In this document: positions 60,504 through 64,000 of the stretch, one piece after another
Numbering within the stretch: position 1 is the first letter of the stretch
How the letters are laid out: each line of letters starts with the position of its first letter
Assembly: GCA_965221125.1 (NCBI GenBank)
Contig: CBDCRW010000004.1
Coordinates: 768,001-832,000, forward strand
DNA length: 64,000 bases
From: Alphaproteobacteria bacterium
GTDB lineage: Bacteria; Pseudomonadota; Alphaproteobacteria; UBA828
Direction of reading: 5' to 3'
Program-made: the position numbers and the translations under genes
Notes under the pieces: generated by a model
What the model saw: the letters and a program-made list of their open reading frames with translations, nothing else
The model's database searches: none
Told to the model about the DNA's origin: nothing

Positions 60504-61661
60504 TCAGCCGCCAGCCTCCGGAGCGCCTGCCAGGGACCGTACCAGCCGCACCAGCTCCTCCTGCCGTGAGAACCCGTGCTTGGCGAACACGTGCTTCACG
60601 TGGGAGCGGATGGTGCTCTCCTTGCGGCCCGTCGCCGCCGCGATCTGGCTCACGCTCATGCCCTGGGCCAGCAGCACCGCAACCCGGCTCTCCATCCCCG
60701 TGAGATCGAGGGCTGCCGCGACCACGGCAGGATCGATGGCGGCCCCGTTCGCCGGATCGACGACCAGCACCAGCGCCGCCACCTGCCAAACCGGGAAGTC
60801 CGGCTCCCGGCGGCCCACCGGGCTCACGTGCAGCACCAGCGGAAGCAGGGCGCCCGATCGTCTCACGATCGTCGAGCCGCCGGTCCCCTGCGCCCCGAGA
60901 GGCGGCAAGGCACGGCTGAGCAGCGCCTGCAGGTCGTCGTTGTCACGTGGCGTGCGAGCGAACAGGAGCCCGTCGCTGTCGAGCAGGGCGTCGCCAGTCC
61001 GCAGCACGTCCCGGGCGCGGTCGTTTGCCGCCACGATCCGCCCGCGCGCGTCAAGCTGTAAGATGCCCAGCCGGGTGCGGTCGAGCATCTCCGTCAGCGT
61101 CGCACCCAGGGCATCCGCGCGCGCCAGGGTCTGCTGGACGGTCACGGTCTGGCGGATGTGCGGCAGGAGACGCCGGATCCAGTCGCGTTGCGCGGACGAC
61201 CAGCCCTCCCCATCGACGGGGTCGTTGACCTGCCACACGATGCGCGAACCGTCGGCCCCCTTCAGACGCACGTCGATCGCGTTACCGGCATGGGCAAGGG
61301 TCCGCAGCGCGTTATACGCCTCGGAGGTCTTCCGCTCTTCATCGGTGTAGAGGTCGGTGACATGGAACAACCGGTTGAAAGGGAGGCCCCGCAAGCGGGG
61401 TATCCTTTCGTCCAGGGGATAGAGGGTCTCCAGCCAGAGACGCTCCAGGTCCTGGCGCCTTTCTCCATGATGGTAGATCCACAGGAAGGAGATTCGATAG
61501 TCCTCTTCCGAATCTCCGTCGCCGCTCGCCAGGGTGCTGCCATGCGTGCCGAGGGCTTCGTCAATCAGCGCCGAGGCGCCGAGCCAGCGGGCAGGGTCGA
61601 GTGCCGCCTCGTGCAGCGAGGCGAGGATGCGCTCGAACGCGTTCAGTTCGCTTGTGACCAC
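60504..61661 (-). CDS. LuxR-family HTH transcriptional regulator with PAS-like sensory region
   Basis: C-terminal LTGMESRVA.LLAQG.SV..IA......ESTIRSHVKHVF.K and PAS-like GILQLD..GRIV.AN. Start uncertain (61661 or 61709). Confidence 0.88.
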   Translation of the reverse strand: MVTSELNAFERILASLHEAALDPARWLGASALIDEALGTHGSTLASGDGDSEEDYRISFLWIYHHGERRQDLERLWLETLYPLDERIPRLRGLPFNRLFHVTDLYTDEERKTSEAYNALRTLAHAGNAIDVRLKGADGSRIVWQVNDPVDGEGWSSAQRDWIRRLLPHIRQTVTVQQTLARADALGATLTEMLDRTRLGILQLDARGRIVAANDRARDVLRTGDALLDSDGLLFARTPRDNDDLQALLSRALPPLGAQGTGGSTIVRRSGALLPLVLHVSPVGRREPDFPVWQVAALVLVVDPANGAAIDPAVVAAALDLTGMESRVAVLLAQGMSVSQIAAATGRKESTIRSHVKHVFAKHGFSRQEELVRLVRSLAGAPEAGG

Positions 61662-61829
61662 GGCTTCATCGGCGGGCGCTCCGCAGACCCGACGCCCCTC
61701 GTTTCGCAAGAAGTGCGCTCCCTCGTTGCTGATATCCCCAGCCGCAAATCCGCTGGTTCATGGCAGCGCAACCACTCGCGGCTGCGTTGAGGCCACATGA
61801 ATGGCGAGCTGCCGACATACCGTCACACA

Positions 61830-61889
61830 TCCCCATGTTTGGTGAGGATAATGGACTTGCGGACGTCTGCGCTTCCCCAACATTGGGGA
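61830..61889. promoter_or_regulatory. Two TCCCCA-N4-TGG(G/T)GA palindromes upstream of the LuxR gene
   Basis: TCCCCAtgttTGGTGA at 61830-61845 and TCCCCAacatTGGGGA at 61874-61889. Confidence 0.4.
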
Positions 61890-61973
61890 GACGCGGCGAA
61901 ATTGTCGTTTGCGCGTCCGATGTCATGAGAAGGGCACAGTCGGCCTGCCGCCAATGCGCGACGGGTTACGGGG

Positions 61974-62819
61974 TCAGCGGCTGCGCAGGCGCTCGGAGCG
62001 CCGGCGTAGGAGCTCGATGGTGATGAGGAGGCAGATGGAGACCGCGATCAGCAACGTTGCGACCGCGAGGATCGTGGGGTTGATCTGCTCGCGCAGGCCC
62101 GAGAACATCTGGCGGGGAATGGTGCGCTGGTCCGGCCCGGCGAGGAAGAGCACCAGCACCACCTCGTCGAACGAGGTGACGAAAGCGAAGAGCGCCCCCG
62201 AGATGACGCCTGGCCGGATCAGCGGCAGGACAACCCGGAAGAAGGTGCGGATCGGCCCGGTGCCGAGGCTGATCCCCGCGTTGTAGAGCCCGCGGTCGAA
62301 GCCCGTGAGCGTGGCGGTGACGGTGACGATGACGAAGGGGATGCCGAGCGCCGCGTGGGCGATGATGAGGCCGGGGAAGGTGCCGACGAGCCCGAAGCGC
62401 GTGTAGAAGAAGAACATGCCCGCGGCGATGATGATGAGCGGCACGATCATCGGCGAGAGCAGCAGGGCGGTGATGGTGCGCCTGAACGGCATGTCCGAAC
62501 TGGCGAGGCCGACGGCGGCGACGGTGCCGAGAATCGTCGCCACGATGGTCGCGAAGATGCCGACGATGAAGCTGTTCTGGATCGCCAGCATCCAGTTGGG
62601 CGTCTCCAGGATCGTGACGTACCAGCGCAGCGAATAGGCGCTCGCTTCGAAGGCCAGCATCTCCTCGGTAAAGGTGAAGTAGGGCTGGCTGTTGAAGGAG
62701 AGCGGAATGATGACGAGGATCGGCAGGATCAGAAAGAACAGCACGGCGCCGGCGCAGCCGCGCAGCGCATAGACCCCCAGCTTGTTCCAGATCGTGAAGT
62801 ATTCGGGGAAGCTCGCCAC
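61974..62819 (-). CDS. ABC transporter permease, PotC-like (polyamine/opine family)
   Basis: YSLRWY, LSPMIVP, PLIRPGV.SG.LFAF.TSFDEVV and TIPRQMFSG motifs. Confidence 0.9.
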   Translation of the reverse strand: MASFPEYFTIWNKLGVYALRGCAGAVLFFLILPILVIIPLSFNSQPYFTFTEEMLAFEASAYSLRWYVTILETPNWMLAIQNSFIVGIFATIVATILGTVAAVGLASSDMPFRRTITALLLSPMIVPLIIIAAGMFFFYTRFGLVGTFPGLIIAHAALGIPFVIVTVTATLTGFDRGLYNAGISLGTGPIRTFFRVVLPLIRPGVISGALFAFVTSFDEVVLVLFLAGPDQRTIPRQMFSGLREQINPTILAVATLLIAVSICLLITIELLRRRSERLRSR

Positions 62820-62822
62820 GGC

Positions 62823-64000
62823 TCAGCCGAGCTTGATGTTCTTGGCCCCGACGAGGCGGTCGTAGAGCCAGTAAAGGACGATGATCACGAAGAGGAGGAG
62901 CGTGCCCAGCGCGGCCGCGAGTTCCCAGTTGTTCGACTGCTGCATGTGGAAGGCGATGATGTTCGAGATCATCTGCCCGTCGGTCCCGCCCACCAGCGCG
63001 GGCGTGATGTAGTAGCCGACCGAAATGATGAAGACGAGCAACGCGCCCGCCGATAGCCCCGGAAGAGTCATCGGGAAATAGACCCGGATGAAGGCGGCGA
63101 TGGGCCCGGAACCCAGCGAGAGAGCGGCGCGCATGTAGCTCCGGTCAATGCCCTTCATGACGCTGTAAAGCGGCAGCACCATGAAGGGCAACAAGATGTG
63201 CGTCATCGCCACGATGGTGGCGAACTCCGTGTACATCATCTCGAACGGCTCGTCGGTCAGCCCGATCCCCATGAGGAAGGAATTGACCACGCCGTTCGTC
63301 TGAAGAAGGGCGATCCACGACGTCGTTCTGACCAGGAGCGACGTCCAGAACGGCAGCAGCACGAAGATCAGAAGGATGCCGGCAGCCTTCGCCGGCAGGC
63401 CCGCAATCACGTAGGCGAGGGGATAGCCCAGGACGAGCGTGAGCACGGTGATGATCAGCGCGATCTTCAGCGTCTTGAGATAGAGCTGGATATAGATGCG
63501 TGCTGACTCGCGCTGCTGGATGCCGCCCGACGGGCCTCGTTCGAGGTCGAGCGCCGTCAGGAAGTTCCGTTCGGAGTAGCTGCGGCCGACCTCGCGCACG
63601 GTGGTCCAGAGTGCGGGGTCCGCCCACTTCTTGTTCGCCGCGAGCAGAAGGGCGGCGCCGTCGGCCGCAAGCTCCTCGTCCGCGACGCGGCGCATCTTGC
63701 GGGCGGTCGACTTCACCACGCTTGACGTGCCCGGCAGGCCGCGGTTGAGCTCTTCGGCGAGCTTGCCCGAGGTGCGCTCGTTGGCGAGACGCTTGAGGTC
63801 GACCGCCATGGAGGTCAGCACAGCCTCGCCCGGCACGCCCTCGCCGCTCCAGCCCTGCAGGACCTCCAGCGTGCCGGGGATCAGCTCCACCACGGTCGGA
63901 TTGTGCACGCTGCGGTGCAGCATGGTCGCGACCGGGGCGAAGAAGGCGAAGGCCACAAAGGCCAGCAACGGCAGCACCAGCGCCAGCGCGACCAGGCGCC
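62823..64000 (-). CDS. ABC transporter permease, PotB-like; 5' end lies beyond the window
   Basis: LGYPLAY, LLPFWTSLLVRT, LLPFMVLPLYSVM and YITPALVGG motifs. The frame stays open to the window edge. Confidence 0.9.
   Translation of the reverse strand, partial: RLVALALVLPLLAFVAFAFFAPVATMLHRSVHNPTVVELIPGTLEVLQGWSGEGVPGEAVLTSMAVDLKRLANERTSGKLAEELNRGLPGTSSVVKSTARKMRRVADEELAADGAALLLAANKKWADPALWTTVREVGRSYSERNFLTALDLERGPSGGIQQRESARIYIQLYLKTLKIALIITVLTLVLGYPLAYVIAGLPAKAAGILLIFVLLPFWTSLLVRTTSWIALLQTNGVVNSFLMGIGLTDEPFEMMYTEFATIVAMTHILLPFMVLPLYSVMKGIDRSYMRAALSLGSGPIAAFIRVYFPMTLPGLSAGALLVFIISVGYYITPALVGGTDGQMISNIIAFHMQQSNNWELAAALGTLLLFVIIVLYWLYDRLVGAKNIKLG

Overview
High-GC alphaproteobacterial chromosome segment. 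The prs-rplY-pth-ychF, lgt-MidA-pgeF and sdhE-mfd gene orders point to a Rhodospirillales-like host (inference). Bases 1-~7.3 kb are the end of an AT-richer defence island. It holds the 3' end of a Type III restriction (Res) gene, an HNH nuclease with an unrecognised N-terminal domain, and an overlapping two-gene unit encoding a calcineurin-like metallophosphoesterase-TPR protein plus a divergent Hsp90/HtpG-like ATPase, which is the best candidate for an undescribed system. The island ends with decayed tyrosine-integrase fragments and an IS21 right end that truncates an autotransporter gene. The rest is housekeeping and catabolic: bioFD, a DUF1538x2/P-II/CBS cluster, folB, a Mo-hydroxylase (MSL), mtnP, ychF-pth-rplY-prs, pgeF-lgt-hldD, dxr-hpnC-hpnD, a TacAT-type toxin-antitoxin pair, mfd, a run with a divergent SHMT plus an Fe/2OG hydroxylase and DpaL, many amide/lactam hydrolases, a thermonuclease, a LuxR regulator and polyamine-type ABC permeases. 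No tRNA, rRNA or CRISPR array was seen. All product calls come from motif recognition by eye, not from database searches.
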